A stretch of DNA of 64,000 bases from NCBI GenBank assembly GCA_023144635.1, contig JAGLFH010000010.1:161-64160 (forward strand), given 5' to 3'. Shown here piece by piece: positions 28,203 through 38,263 of the stretch. Made by a program: the position numbers and the translations under genes. The notes under the pieces were generated by a model that was given only the letters and a program-made list of their open reading frames with translations, was not told the origin of the DNA and searched no databases. The stretch is from Candidatus Auribacterota bacterium. Lineage in GTDB: Bacteria > Auribacterota > JAFGBW01 > JAFGJP01. Within the stretch, counting starts at the first letter, position 1. Each line of letters begins with the position of its first letter.

Positions 28203-29244
28203 CTATAAGAAATTCGATTAAAAAATGTCCTATGTCTTCGAGTGGAAGTACTCTATCCACACATCCAGTATTTATAGCTGCCTTTGGCATTCCAAAAACA
28301 GTGCTTGTATCTTCATCCTGGGCAATTGTTAAGCCCCTGTTTTCTTTTATTTTTCGTATACCGTCCGAACCATCATCCCCTATACCTGTAAGCACAATAC
28401 CTATGCTGCTTTTTTTGTGATATTCTGCTAGAGAATTAAAGAGTATGTCTGCTGAGGGTTTTTGATTTTTCACAGGTGGTGAATCATCAAGGATAATGGT
28501 CCTGCCTTTTAATTTAAGATGAACATCTATTGGTGAAATATAAATAGTTCCGTTTTTAAGAACACCTCCGTCTTTTGCCTGCTCAATAGGAAGCTTAATG
28601 CTATTTCTAAACCATTCGATCAGGCCTTTTATAAAAAAACCTTCAGACATGTGCTGGACAACAAGTATTGGAGCAGGAAAAGTCTTTGGAAGCATTTTAA
28701 AAAGACGAAGAAGTGTAGTTGGTCCTCCTGTAGAAGAAGCTATTCCCACCACCCAGTCTGGCTGAAAAAGTTTTTTTTCAATTATATCGGTCTTTTTTTG
28801 TTTTTCTTTTTTAACGGCTTTCTTTTTCCCGTCAAGATGTACAACAACATTTACCCGTGATAATAGTTTTACTTTTTCTATTAATTCAATTCCAATTTTT
28901 GGTATGTCTTCCCATGAATTTGGTGCAGGTTTCTGAATTATATCAAGTGCTCCTAGTTTAAGAGCCTTCATGAAATTATCATCTTTATTAAGAACCGTTA
29001 CAATAAGGATAGGAATTGGGTTATAAGCCATAATATGCTCTATAGTGTCAAATCCATTCATTATAGGCATTTGAAGGTCACATGTTATTATATCGGGTCT
29101 TTCAGGGTTGCTATCAAGAAAATCAATAGCTTCCTTTCCGTTTATAGCCTTACCGATTACTTCTATTTCTGAATCAGTATTGAGTATTGTTGTGATCATT
29201 TCTCTTGCAACAGCAGAATCATCAACAACAAGAACTTTAACCAT
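28177..29244 (-). CDS. cheB: Chemotaxis response regulator protein-glutamate methylesterase CheB (REC + CheB_methylest)
   Basis: VLVVDDSAVAREM receiver, then the methylesterase core VVGIASSTGGPTTL, VVQHM, GIGDDGSDG. The ATG at 29244 follows a GGAGGT RBS. Confidence 0.85.
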   Translation of the reverse strand: MVKVLVVDDSAVAREMITTILNTDSEIEVIGKAINGKEAIDFLDSNPERPDIITCDLQMPIMNGFDTIEHIMAYNPIPILIVTVLNKDDNFMKALKLGALDIIQKPAPNSWEDIPKIGIELIEKVKLLSRVNVVVHLDGKKKAVKKEKQKKTDIIEKKLFQPDWVVGIASSTGGPTTLLRLFKMLPKTFPAPILVVQHMSEGFFIKGLIEWFRNSIKLPIEQAKDGGVLKNGTIYISPIDVHLKLKGRTIILDDSPPVKNQKPSADILFNSLAEYHKKSSIGIVLTGIGDDGSDGIRKIKENRGLTIAQDEDTSTVFGMPKAAINTGCVDRVLPLEDIGHFLIEFLIDESNNSNS

Positions 29245-29435
29245 AAACAAACCTCCAAGTTACTTTATGTACATAAAATATTAATATTTTTTCTATTTTA
29301 TGTCAATTCTTCATCTTAGTTAATATATTTTGCATAAATATTTAGATAAATATTATTATATAAGATAAAGAACAAAAATTGGTTTTAAAAAAATATTTTC
29401 TGTGATAAATTAAATTACCAAAAATCTATATAAAT

Positions 29436-29520
29436 GCCAGAGTGGCGGAATCGGCATACGCGAAGGTCTCAAAAACCTTTGCTCCTTGCGGGCGTGTGGG
29501 TTCGAGTCCCACCTCTGGCA
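29436..29520 (+). tRNA. tRNA-Leu (anticodon CAA)
   Basis: Hand-folded cloverleaf: acceptor GCCAGAG/CUCUGGC, anticodon arm AAGGU-CUCAAAA-ACCUU, long variable arm, T arm GUGGG-UUCGAGU-CCCAC, discriminator A. 85 nt, no encoded CCA. Confidence 0.9.
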
Positions 29521-29536
29521 TATAAAAAGGTAAAAA

Positions 29537-31210
29537 ATGAAAAAGACATTGATCGGAAACATTGAAAACTTAGGGACAAAAGAAATAAAAATCCCAAAAG
29601 GAATGCGTATTTTGGATGTTTTTAAACAATATAAAGAAAAAATTCCTTTTGTTCCGGTTGCTGCTATATATAACAATCAACTTGTTGACATGCAGATTCC
29701 TGTAATGTCCGATTTTAAGATTCTTTTCTTATCCATGCATTCACGCTGGGGTGCAAGTGTATACAGAAGAAGCCTTACACATATTCTTCTTCAAGCTGTT
29801 TATGAATTATTCCCACGCGCTAAGGTGCATATTGGACAATCACTTGCAAATGGCTATTATTTTGATTTTTCTCTTGGAAAAAAAATATTTACTTTGAATA
29901 TGTGTAAAAAAATAGAAAAGGAAATGAAAAACATAATAAAACAAGAACGAGCATTTGAAATGGCTCTTTATGACATTGAGGAATTGCATGATATTTTTGA
30001 AAAAAGAGGATTTTTAGATAAATGCACTTTGTTAAGAGCGATAAATCAGCGGGAAATCTTAGCTGTAAAATGTAATGATTTTATAGATATTTATCATGGC
30101 CCTTATGTTCCGGATACAGGCTATATTACTGATTTTTCATTGGTTTACTATAAGCCGGGTTTTGTTGTTAAATACCCTAAAATAGGCGGAAAATCAGTTC
30201 CTTCCAGAAGCTCAAAAGAACCCAAACTTTTTAATGCATATAAAGAAACATCCCAATGGAATAATATTTTGGATGTAAGTAATCTTACAGATCTTAACAG
30301 GATGACATTAAAGGGTAAAATAAATGATCTTATAATGGTTGCCGAAGGACTTCATGAAAATAAGATAGTTAAAATAGCAGATGAGATACTTTCACATAAA
30401 AACAGAGTGAAGCTTATACTTATAGCAGGGCCATCCTCATCGGGGAAAACAACATTTTCAAGAAGGTTAAGGGTACAATTAGAAGTAGGCGGAATGAAGA
30501 CCTCTGTTTTAGGCACAGATGATTATTTTGTTGATCGGAAATATACTCCTAAAGATGAAAATGGTGAATATGATTTTGAATCGATCCATGCAGTAGATCT
30601 TCCTCTTTTTAATGACCACCTGGTAAGGCTTTTGAAAGGCGAAGAGGTCAAAGTGCCAAAATTTAATTTCCAAAAAGGAAAAAGATTACAAAATAAATTC
30701 AACACAATAAAACTTCAGCCTAAAACGGTATTGATAATAGAAGGTATTCACAGCTTAAATCCTTTATTGACAGAAAAGATACGTGATCACAGTAAGTATA
30801 AAATATATGTTAGCGCATTAACTCAGCTTTGTATTGATTCCCACAACAGGATATTTACTTCAGACACAAGATTATTAAGAAGAATAGTAAGAGATCGTTT
30901 ATATAGAGGATACAGTGCTTCTGAAACAGTAAAAAGATGGCCGTCTGTACGCATAGGTGAAGAAAAAAATATTTTTCCGTATCAGGAAAATGCAGATACT
31001 ATGTTTAATTCAGCCCTCGTTTATGAACACTCTGTCCTCAAGATGTATGCTGAGCGTTTTTTAAAAGAAATATCACCACATGATCAATATTATGTTGAAG
31101 CATCACGTCTTCTTGATTTTCTTGATCTTTTTATTCCGGTAATGCCCAAAAAAGTACCAAGTAACTCTATTCTCAGGGAATTTATCGGGGGAAGTACATT
31201 TGAATATTAA
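29537..31210 (+). CDS. Uridine/nucleoside kinase-family protein with an N-terminal ThrRS-like (TGS/second additional domain-like) region
   Basis: P-loop IAGPSSSGKTTF with a uridine-kinase-like C-terminal half. The N-terminal ~270 aa resemble the tRNA-synthetase accessory domains seen in long Udk homologues. Confidence 0.6.
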   Translation: MKKTLIGNIENLGTKEIKIPKGMRILDVFKQYKEKIPFVPVAAIYNNQLVDMQIPVMSDFKILFLSMHSRWGASVYRRSLTHILLQAVYELFPRAKVHIGQSLANGYYFDFSLGKKIFTLNMCKKIEKEMKNIIKQERAFEMALYDIEELHDIFEKRGFLDKCTLLRAINQREILAVKCNDFIDIYHGPYVPDTGYITDFSLVYYKPGFVVKYPKIGGKSVPSRSSKEPKLFNAYKETSQWNNILDVSNLTDLNRMTLKGKINDLIMVAEGLHENKIVKIADEILSHKNRVKLILIAGPSSSGKTTFSRRLRVQLEVGGMKTSVLGTDDYFVDRKYTPKDENGEYDFESIHAVDLPLFNDHLVRLLKGEEVKVPKFNFQKGKRLQNKFNTIKLQPKTVLIIEGIHSLNPLLTEKIRDHSKYKIYVSALTQLCIDSHNRIFTSDTRLLRRIVRDRLYRGYSASETVKRWPSVRIGEEKNIFPYQENADTMFNSALVYEHSVLKMYAERFLKEISPHDQYYVEASRLLDFLDLFIPVMPKKVPSNSILREFIGGSTFEY

Positions 31211-31571
31211 AACGCTGATCAAGAACTTGAAAAAATTTTTATGGATCCTGTATTTTCTTTTTTTACTTACTATAGCATTATGGGAACTTTTTGTTTTCCG
31301 CTCACCTGAAGCTTTACTTGATTTTGCAATATCTCTTCCAGCTAAAGTAGGATTGTTAATATTTATTTTTAGGTTAAGAATTCTTGTAGTTGAATATTGG
31401 AGATTATATCTTTTTGTGTTTCTTGCATGGAGTCTGTACTGGAATATAGTGATGAGGTGGGTATATTATCCGCTTGATGTCTTATCTGTTTTTAAATTTG
31501 TTCTAATGCTGTTTCCTCTTTATTTTGCTTTGTATAAAATTGCATTTTCTAGAAAAAGTCCCCTTATCTGA
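31200..31571 (+). CDS. Small polytopic membrane protein, function unknown
   Basis: About four hydrophobic segments. The TTG start is uncertain. Confidence 0.4.
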   Translation: MNIKTLIKNLKKFLWILYFLFLLTIALWELFVFRSPEALLDFAISLPAKVGLLIFIFRLRILVVEYWRLYLFVFLAWSLYWNIVMRWVYYPLDVLSVFKFVLMLFPLYFALYKIAFSRKSPLI

Positions 31572-31592
31572 AATATTCAGACTTGTAAATAT

Positions 31593-32288
31593 ATGATAAA
31601 ACAATCTTTTATAAAAAAAATACTCTTATTTTTTTTTAGGTACACATTAGGAATAATACTTCTTATTGTTTCTTTTCTTTTCATTCATACCATTTGCTAT
31701 ATTGTATCTGATAATGCAGATCTGTTATTCAAAGAATTTGTTTACGTGATAATTGGATTAATCATTTATTTTTTCATACATTTATTGATAAGAAAAAAAC
31801 CGTTTTTATATATTCTGGGGCATGAGCTTACACATGTTCTTTTCATATGGATCTCGAATGGATGGGCATACAGATTAAGGATTAAAAAAAATAGCGGCAG
31901 CGTATGTGCTTCAAAAGACAATATTTTTATATCATTATCACCTTATTTTTTTCCGCTTTATACATTTATATGTATGTTTGTATACTTATTTTTTATATCA
32001 ATTACAAGAAAAGTATTAATCTTTTCTCTTATTCAGACGATTATAGGTATAACGGCAGGTTTCCACTTTTTATTTACTGCGGAAATGCTTTTGACAAAGC
32101 AGGATGATTTTAAGGATATTGGAAGGTTTTTGTCAGCAAGTATCATTCTTTGCCTTAACATAATATTTTTTTCAGTTTTTTTTGTTTTAATTTCAAAACA
32201 CATAAATGCTGAAATATATTTCACTTTTTTAAAAAACAGTACAGTTTATTGTTTGCAAAATTTATTGTTAAGTGCTAAAATTTTATAG
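31593..32288 (+). CDS. Polytopic membrane protein with an HExxH motif (putative zincin-like membrane peptidase)
   Basis: LGHELTHVLF sits between TM segments in a 231-aa hydrophobic protein. Confidence 0.5.
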   Translation: MIKQSFIKKILLFFFRYTLGIILLIVSFLFIHTICYIVSDNADLLFKEFVYVIIGLIIYFFIHLLIRKKPFLYILGHELTHVLFIWISNGWAYRLRIKKNSGSVCASKDNIFISLSPYFFPLYTFICMFVYLFFISITRKVLIFSLIQTIIGITAGFHFLFTAEMLLTKQDDFKDIGRFLSASIILCLNIIFFSVFFVLISKHINAEIYFTFLKNSTVYCLQNLLLSAKIL

Positions 32289-32392
32289 GTTATATTGTTG
32301 CACAAAACAGGTGGAAGAGTTTTGCGAATAATATGGTTAACTATTTGTGAATTGCTTTGTTATATCAGCAGTTCAGTACCTGGAAAAGGAAC

Positions 32393-34090
32393 ATGATAGG
32401 AACCAAAAAGAATTTTATCTCTCTTGATATAGGCCATAGCGGAATAAAAGCTGCTTTATTAAATTCTGTTAAGAAGAATATAGTACTTTCCCAGCTTATA
32501 TATGAGCCGTACCCGATTGAAGAAAGCGACAATATAACTATTGATTACATCAATCAGCAAGTCATTTCTTTTATTGATAAATATGAAATACAAGGCTATG
32601 TTGTTTTTACTCTTTCAGACCCTTCATTATCAGTTCAAAACATAAAACTTCCGAGTATGCCGTACGATGAAATACCGGAGGCTGTAAAATGGGAACTCTC
32701 AAGAAGCCTTAAGCTTGACCCCAAAGAGACTCTTTATGATTTTATAATAAATAAGAATTCTCCTGATGGAGATACTGAAGGTATACCTGTTCTATCCGGA
32801 ATATGTTCTCGTGAGCCGTTTGAAAGGATCGCCAGAACACTTAAAAGGAAAAAGCTCAAGATCCTTGGTTGTGATCTTTCTATGCTTTGTGATTTTAGGC
32901 TATTTGAACAATGCGGATATTTTAAACCTGAAGAAACATACCTGTTAATAAATTTCGGTGCTCTTTTTACAAATCTTTCAGTTGTTAATAAAAATGAGCT
33001 TATTTTTAACAGAAGGGTCTCATTAAACGGCTTAATGCTTACCAGGGCTATTAAGGAGTACTGCAAGGTTGATTTTAATACAGCAGAAGAATTAAAAACA
33101 AAGTACGGACTTGCAACAGATGAATTAAGCGATAAGATAATAGAATCTATAAACATAGTTAACTCTAACTGTGAAAAGATGGTATCTGATATCCAGTATT
33201 CACTTAAATATTTTTCTTATCAGGTCAGCCGTTCAAATATTACCACTTTTGATAAAGTCTTTATTACCGGTGGAGCTTCTAACCTTAACGGATTCTCTGA
33301 TTTTTTAAAAGAGCGGCTTCATGCAGATGTAGTTCACGTAAGCTTTGATAACAAGATAAGTGCTATCCGGAACCAGATAGAGGATTCAGAGAACGGTGCT
33401 ACATGGATATCCTTGGTCTCAACGGTTGTCGGAGGATTGTTCTGGGATAAGAAGAAAGTAAATAAGACTTGTGTAAATCTTCTACCCGGTGAACTTACTG
33501 AAGGCGGTAAAAAGGAATTTGTTTCAATTAAAACTGTAGCAAAAAGGCTTTTCTCAACTTTTGGCGCATTTCTTGTTCTTTTTGGATTTATTATTGGTCT
33601 TTTTTTGATTTACAGTCATCAGAATAAAAATATAAAAGATCTTAATAACTTATATAAACTTGAAAATAAAAGGAAAAAACAGGTAGAGAAGAATAATGAA
33701 GATCTTTTAAAGACAAAAGCAAAAATGCATCAGGAAAATGAATTACTCGAAAACAAAATAGATATTGTAAAGAAAAAGATACATGAATTTACTGCTATAG
33801 GTACTAATTCTATAAATCCATCATATTATATTGCTGAAATAGTTAATAATACTCCATACCCTGATGTTGTCCTTAACATAATATCCTTTGAAGGAAATAA
33901 ACTTATAATACGAGGTGATGCTGTTAATAATAGCGTTGTCAGTACGTTTATGAAAAATTTAAATGATTCTAAATATTTTTATAATACTCATTTTGATTTT
34001 ATGGAAAAGATAACACATGAAAAAACGCTTTATCCAATTAATTTTAAATTAAATACTACTATCAAAGCGCAGGTAACTAATGAAAATTGA
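32393..34090 (+). CDS. pilM: Type IV pilus assembly protein, PilM-PilN fusion
   Basis: PilM-like actin-fold start ISLDIGHSGIKAALL, a central TM segment FGAFLVLFGFIIGLFLIY, a coiled coil and a PilN-like periplasmic tail. The ATG at 32393 follows an AAAAGGA RBS. Confidence 0.7.
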   Translation: MIGTKKNFISLDIGHSGIKAALLNSVKKNIVLSQLIYEPYPIEESDNITIDYINQQVISFIDKYEIQGYVVFTLSDPSLSVQNIKLPSMPYDEIPEAVKWELSRSLKLDPKETLYDFIINKNSPDGDTEGIPVLSGICSREPFERIARTLKRKKLKILGCDLSMLCDFRLFEQCGYFKPEETYLLINFGALFTNLSVVNKNELIFNRRVSLNGLMLTRAIKEYCKVDFNTAEELKTKYGLATDELSDKIIESINIVNSNCEKMVSDIQYSLKYFSYQVSRSNITTFDKVFITGGASNLNGFSDFLKERLHADVVHVSFDNKISAIRNQIEDSENGATWISLVSTVVGGLFWDKKKVNKTCVNLLPGELTEGGKKEFVSIKTVAKRLFSTFGAFLVLFGFIIGLFLIYSHQNKNIKDLNNLYKLENKRKKQVEKNNEDLLKTKAKMHQENELLENKIDIVKKKIHEFTAIGTNSINPSYYIAEIVNNTPYPDVVLNIISFEGNKLIIRGDAVNNSVVSTFMKNLNDSKYFYNTHFDFMEKITHEKTLYPINFKLNTTIKAQVTNEN

Positions 34091-34994
34091 TATGAAAAGC
34101 GTAAATAAACGACAGCTATTCATGTTTATTGGATTAATAATGTTGCTTGTGGGTGTGGCTTTTCATAAAAAAATATATAAAAAAAATGTAAGAAAAATAA
34201 GGAAGATTACTACAAAAGTTGAAAATTTACATAATGAAATAAGTATTTTACAAACAGAAATACCTAATCTTGAGGATATAAGTGACAGGCTTAGGAAAAA
34301 CAAAGATACACACAAAATATTAAAAACAAAATATCAGAAATATGAAGAAGGAATCTTTTCAGAATCAGATATAGATGTTTTCCTGCATTACTTGACTTCG
34401 TTTGAAAAAGACAGCCGGCTTGATTTTATTTCTATAAAACCTGTATCTTTTAGAAATGAGCAGGGAAGAGGAGAAAAAAAGAAAAGTCCATATAAAGAGA
34501 AAGAATATTCTGTAAAAGTTAAAGGTTCACTTGCTACCATTTTGGAATATATTTATTATATACATAATCTTTCTGTTTCTTCTTCATTGATCAATGCAAA
34601 TATCATGCTAATGGATGATGGAGAAAAGAAATACCTTCAAAGCAGTCTTAACCTAAAAGTACTTTTTGTAGATTCAGAAGGCGGCAAGGAAAGAAATAAA
34701 TTCAAGCCAAAGCATACAGACTCTTTTCAGGTTAAATTGAAAAATAATTCATTTCTTAAGAATGCAGAACAAGTAATTGCTGTAGAAGACGATGGAGCAG
34801 ATAAGCCTGAAGATACTATAGATATAAAAATAGACGGCATTATAAAAATGGGCGAAGAATCCAGAGTGATTTTTAACAAACAAATATACAGAATCGGTGA
34901 TTCTATCCAAAATACAATAATAATAGATATTACAGACACACAGATCATTCTTGAAGGAGCAAAAGGAAAAATAATAATTAACGTTGAAGAATAA
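34080..34994 (+). CDS. Pilus assembly protein, PilO-like N-terminal half with a PilP-like C-terminal beta domain
   Basis: N-terminal TM plus coiled coil (PilO-like). The C-terminal GIIKMGEESRVIFNKQIYRIGDSIQNTIIIDITDTQIILEG resembles the PilP core. Confidence 0.55.
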   Translation: MKIDMKSVNKRQLFMFIGLIMLLVGVAFHKKIYKKNVRKIRKITTKVENLHNEISILQTEIPNLEDISDRLRKNKDTHKILKTKYQKYEEGIFSESDIDVFLHYLTSFEKDSRLDFISIKPVSFRNEQGRGEKKKSPYKEKEYSVKVKGSLATILEYIYYIHNLSVSSSLINANIMLMDDGEKKYLQSSLNLKVLFVDSEGGKERNKFKPKHTDSFQVKLKNNSFLKNAEQVIAVEDDGADKPEDTIDIKIDGIIKMGEESRVIFNKQIYRIGDSIQNTIIIDITDTQIILEGAKGKIIINVEE

Positions 34995-35004
34995 GGAGTT
35001 AAAC

Positions 35005-36810
35005 ATGAAATTTAAATTTAGTTTATTGCTAAAAACTTTTTTAGGTCTGCTCGTTTTATGGCATTTATCCTCTTCTGCTAATGCTCAAGACAACATGGGT
35101 GAGAACACCGGACTGATTTCTATCAACTTCAGAGATGCTGAGATTCAAGATGTACTTCGTGCTATTGGTGATATAGGTAGTGTAAATATTGTTGCAGGTA
35201 AGGAAGTGAAAGGTACTGTAACTGTTCAGTTAAAAGATGTTGATCTTGAAAGTGCTTTAGATGCTATTTTAACTGTTAACGGATTTCAGTACAGGATAAA
35301 AAATAACATTATCTTAGTAGAAAAAGGTGATGAGATCCTTGATTCAGAAGTCATAAACATAAATTTTGCTTCTGCAGGTGAAGTAAAAGAAATGGTAGAA
35401 AAACTTATCAGTGAAAAGGGTGATATTAGCGTTCATGAAAAACTAAACGAACTTGTTATTACTGATCACATTGAAAATATTGAACGGGTAAAACAGCTGG
35501 TAGAAAAAATAGATAAACCTCCTTTACAGGTAAGGATAGAAGCAAAGATCATTAAGCTTGAAGAAGGTGATCTTGAAAAACTGGGTATCCGTTGGAAAAC
35601 AAATTATTCTCAGTATAAAGGTGATACCTGGGCAAGGGATGGAGATGGTAATATTCAAACAGATGCTGATGGAAATCTTATAAGTGAAAACTGGGATTTA
35701 GAGAATCAGAATCTTTACCAGGGAGGAGAGGCCGCGTTTGATCTTGGCTCTGATGCAGGTGTAAGTTCTAGTTCTCTTACAGGAGGTCAGCTAAGTATTG
35801 CAGAATTTGCAAGTATTGCAGAAAAAATTCGTATTGGGGCTGCAATAGATGCTCTTTTGCAGGATAAAAAAGCAAATCTTCTTTCTGCCCCCAGCATAAC
35901 TACCCTTAATAATAAACAGGCATCAATAGTAATAGGTGAAAAGGTGGGAATAAGGGAACAGACACAGACAACAACAGGAACAACTGAATCAATTCGTTTT
36001 GAAGATGCAGGTATTAAGCTCTATGTTACTCCTAAGATCTCTCACAATGGTTACGTCACTATGCATGTGAAACCGGAAATAAGTGTTATTACACAATATA
36101 CTGAAACACAATTATCAATTACAACGACTCAGGCAGAGACAAATGTGCGTGTAAAAGATAATCACACTGTTGTTATAGGCGGGCTTATTGATGATGATGA
36201 AGTAAAGACTATAAGAAAAATTCCTATACTGGGATCTATTCCTATTCTCGGGCTTGCTTTTAGAAATAAAAGTTTTGAAAGGACTAAAAAGGAAATCGTC
36301 ATTTTTTTAACACCTAAGATCTTGAAAGTAGGTCCATTTGAAACAAAAGCTACATCGGCTGACATATCTGATTATGATCGAAAACGTGATTTGGAAGCAA
36401 AAGCAAAAGAAGAAGATATGTTAAATAAGTTTTCAGGAGTGCAAAAGAAGGAAGATATTCGTGATTATACCGCTGATATTGATGACGATAAAAAAAGATC
36501 TGAGTCAATATTCAAAGAAGCAAGAAGTCTTGAAAAACTTGCGATTCGTGTAAGTGATGAAAGGGAAAGGCCTCTTTACAACAAAGCTATTTCATATTAT
36601 TTGCAAGTTGCACGTGATTATAAAGGACTTACAAAGAACTGTCCTGAGGCATTATTTAGAGTTGGAAGGATATATTACACAGATATGAAAAGATATGGTG
36701 ATGCAGAATTAATTTTTCAGGAAGTGCTTAATGAATATCCAGAAAACAAATACGCAAAAAAAGCCATAAGATACCTTAAAAAAATAAATAAAAAAAGAGC
36801 TAAGGAATAA
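35005..36810 (+). CDS. pilQ: Type IV pilus secretin PilQ-like with a C-terminal TPR/YbgF-like extension
   Basis: Signal peptide, N0-like ISINFRDAEIQDVLRAIG, secretin core KIPILGSIPILGLAFRN...EIVIFLTPKIL, then ~170 extra aa ending in TPR-like ALFRVGRIYY...FQEVLNEYPENKYAKKA. Confidence 0.8.
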   Translation: MKFKFSLLLKTFLGLLVLWHLSSSANAQDNMGENTGLISINFRDAEIQDVLRAIGDIGSVNIVAGKEVKGTVTVQLKDVDLESALDAILTVNGFQYRIKNNIILVEKGDEILDSEVININFASAGEVKEMVEKLISEKGDISVHEKLNELVITDHIENIERVKQLVEKIDKPPLQVRIEAKIIKLEEGDLEKLGIRWKTNYSQYKGDTWARDGDGNIQTDADGNLISENWDLENQNLYQGGEAAFDLGSDAGVSSSSLTGGQLSIAEFASIAEKIRIGAAIDALLQDKKANLLSAPSITTLNNKQASIVIGEKVGIREQTQTTTGTTESIRFEDAGIKLYVTPKISHNGYVTMHVKPEISVITQYTETQLSITTTQAETNVRVKDNHTVVIGGLIDDDEVKTIRKIPILGSIPILGLAFRNKSFERTKKEIVIFLTPKILKVGPFETKATSADISDYDRKRDLEAKAKEEDMLNKFSGVQKKEDIRDYTADIDDDKKRSESIFKEARSLEKLAIRVSDERERPLYNKAISYYLQVARDYKGLTKNCPEALFRVGRIYYTDMKRYGDAELIFQEVLNEYPENKYAKKAIRYLKKINKKRAKE

Positions 36811-36872
36811 TAATTAGAAATTATTTGTATTTTTAGAACTTGAATACTATAATGTACACATAGGAAGGTGAT

Positions 36873-37322
36873 ATGAGATCTAAAGGTTTTACACTTATAG
36901 AAATTCTTATAGTTATGACAATTATTGCTATACTTGCGACTATTTTAATTCCAAGTATAGGCGGTTTTGATTCTCAAGCAAAGATAACTACAACAACAAG
37001 CAATCTTAATATTCTTCGCACTCAGATTTCTATATTTAGAGCCAAAACAGGAAGATATCCGGAAACTTTGGATGAGCTTGCTGAAAAAACATATCTTGAT
37101 AGAGGTGTAAAGAAAAAATATCTTCCTAAAATGCCTGAAGAGCTTGTTAGTTCTGACGATGGGGGAAACAACACTACAGAAGTGCAGTTATCTACGGAAT
37201 CGCTTTCAGATGATGGAGGCTGGACATATTTTACAGACACAGCAGAAGTGGTTATTGACGTTTCAACACCTTTAGATAAGACCTGGGATGAATATGCTGA
37301 TGAAAAACCAAGTGATTGGTAA
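36873..37322 (+). CDS. Prepilin-type (GspG/PilA-like) pilin
   Basis: Class III signal KGFTLIEILIVMTIIAILA. Confidence 0.85.
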   Translation: MRSKGFTLIEILIVMTIIAILATILIPSIGGFDSQAKITTTTSNLNILRTQISIFRAKTGRYPETLDELAEKTYLDRGVKKKYLPKMPEELVSSDDGGNNTTEVQLSTESLSDDGGWTYFTDTAEVVIDVSTPLDKTWDEYADEKPSDW

Positions 37323-37350
37323 GCATCTTTGTCGCGGAAATATTCCAGTT

Positions 37351-37719
37351 ATGTTTTCTTTAAATAAAAAATCACGCGTTAGAGGCAGTATCCTTATTCT
37401 TGTTATTATCATACTTTCATCCCTTGCTACATTTGGTGCTGTATTGCTTGGAATGGTATATTCAAGACATCTTCGTTATCAACTTGAAATGGACCGGACA
37501 AAAGCGCTTTATATTGCTGAAGCAGGCATAAGTTATTCGGTATGGGAGCTAAAAATGAAAGTTGATAAAGAAAATAACGGTTTTGGAAATGTTGATAAGT
37601 TTGAATTTGGTGAAGGTTTCTTTTCTGTAAAACACAATCCGGAAACAAAGGAAATAATCTCAGTCGGTGATTATAATAATGTGAAAAGGATCGTAACAAT
37701 AGTTTATGAATCTAACTAA
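37351..37719 (+). CDS. PilX-like pilus assembly protein (N-terminal hydrophobic helix, no canonical prepilin motif)
   Basis: MFSLNKKSRVRGSILILVIIILSSLATFGAVLLGMV. The ATG at 37351 avoids overlap with the upstream pilin, unlike the track start at 37288. Confidence 0.5.
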   Translation: MFSLNKKSRVRGSILILVIIILSSLATFGAVLLGMVYSRHLRYQLEMDRTKALYIAEAGISYSVWELKMKVDKENNGFGNVDKFEFGEGFFSVKHNPETKEIISVGDYNNVKRIVTIVYESN

Positions 37720-37865
37720 TATATGTATATTTTTTAAAAAACAGGAAAATTAACCACGAAGAGCACAAAGAATAGTTAATTGGTTAACTGGTTAAAGGAA
37801 CGCTTTGCTGGATAATTATAGAAACAGATAATATATAATAAAAAATAAATACTTGAGGAAAAATA

Positions 37866-38258
37866 GTGAGAAATAAAAGGGGCTTTACATTTATAGAGAT
37901 CCTAATTGCAATGACTATAATAGCTGTTACTTTTATACCTCTTATGAGGATGTTTGCAGTAGCTATGGAAAATATATATACAGCAAAGGTAATGACAACA
38001 GCTGTAAGCATAGGCCGTGAACATATGGAAAGGATAAAGAACTTAAATCTTCCTGAAGAAAGATTAAAAAAACTGCCAAGTCCTTATCATCATCCTCCCA
38101 AAAATAAGCCTCCTATGGAAATTAACAACACTTTTTGGAGAGTAAAACGAATAATTAATACAAGTTCCGACCCTGTAAAAGTAGATATTTTTGTATATGA
38201 AGATGGAAATGAAGAGCCTTTAATAACTTTATCAACCCTTTTTGAAGATATTTATTAA
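37866..38258 (+). CDS. Minor pilin (prepilin-type N-terminal cleavage/methylation domain)
   Basis: RGFTFIEILIAMTIIAV with a GTG start. Confidence 0.75.
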   Translation: MRNKRGFTFIEILIAMTIIAVTFIPLMRMFAVAMENIYTAKVMTTAVSIGREHMERIKNLNLPEERLKKLPSPYHHPPKNKPPMEINNTFWRVKRIINTSSDPVKVDIFVYEDGNEEPLITLSTLFEDIY

Positions 38259-38263
38259 AGAAT

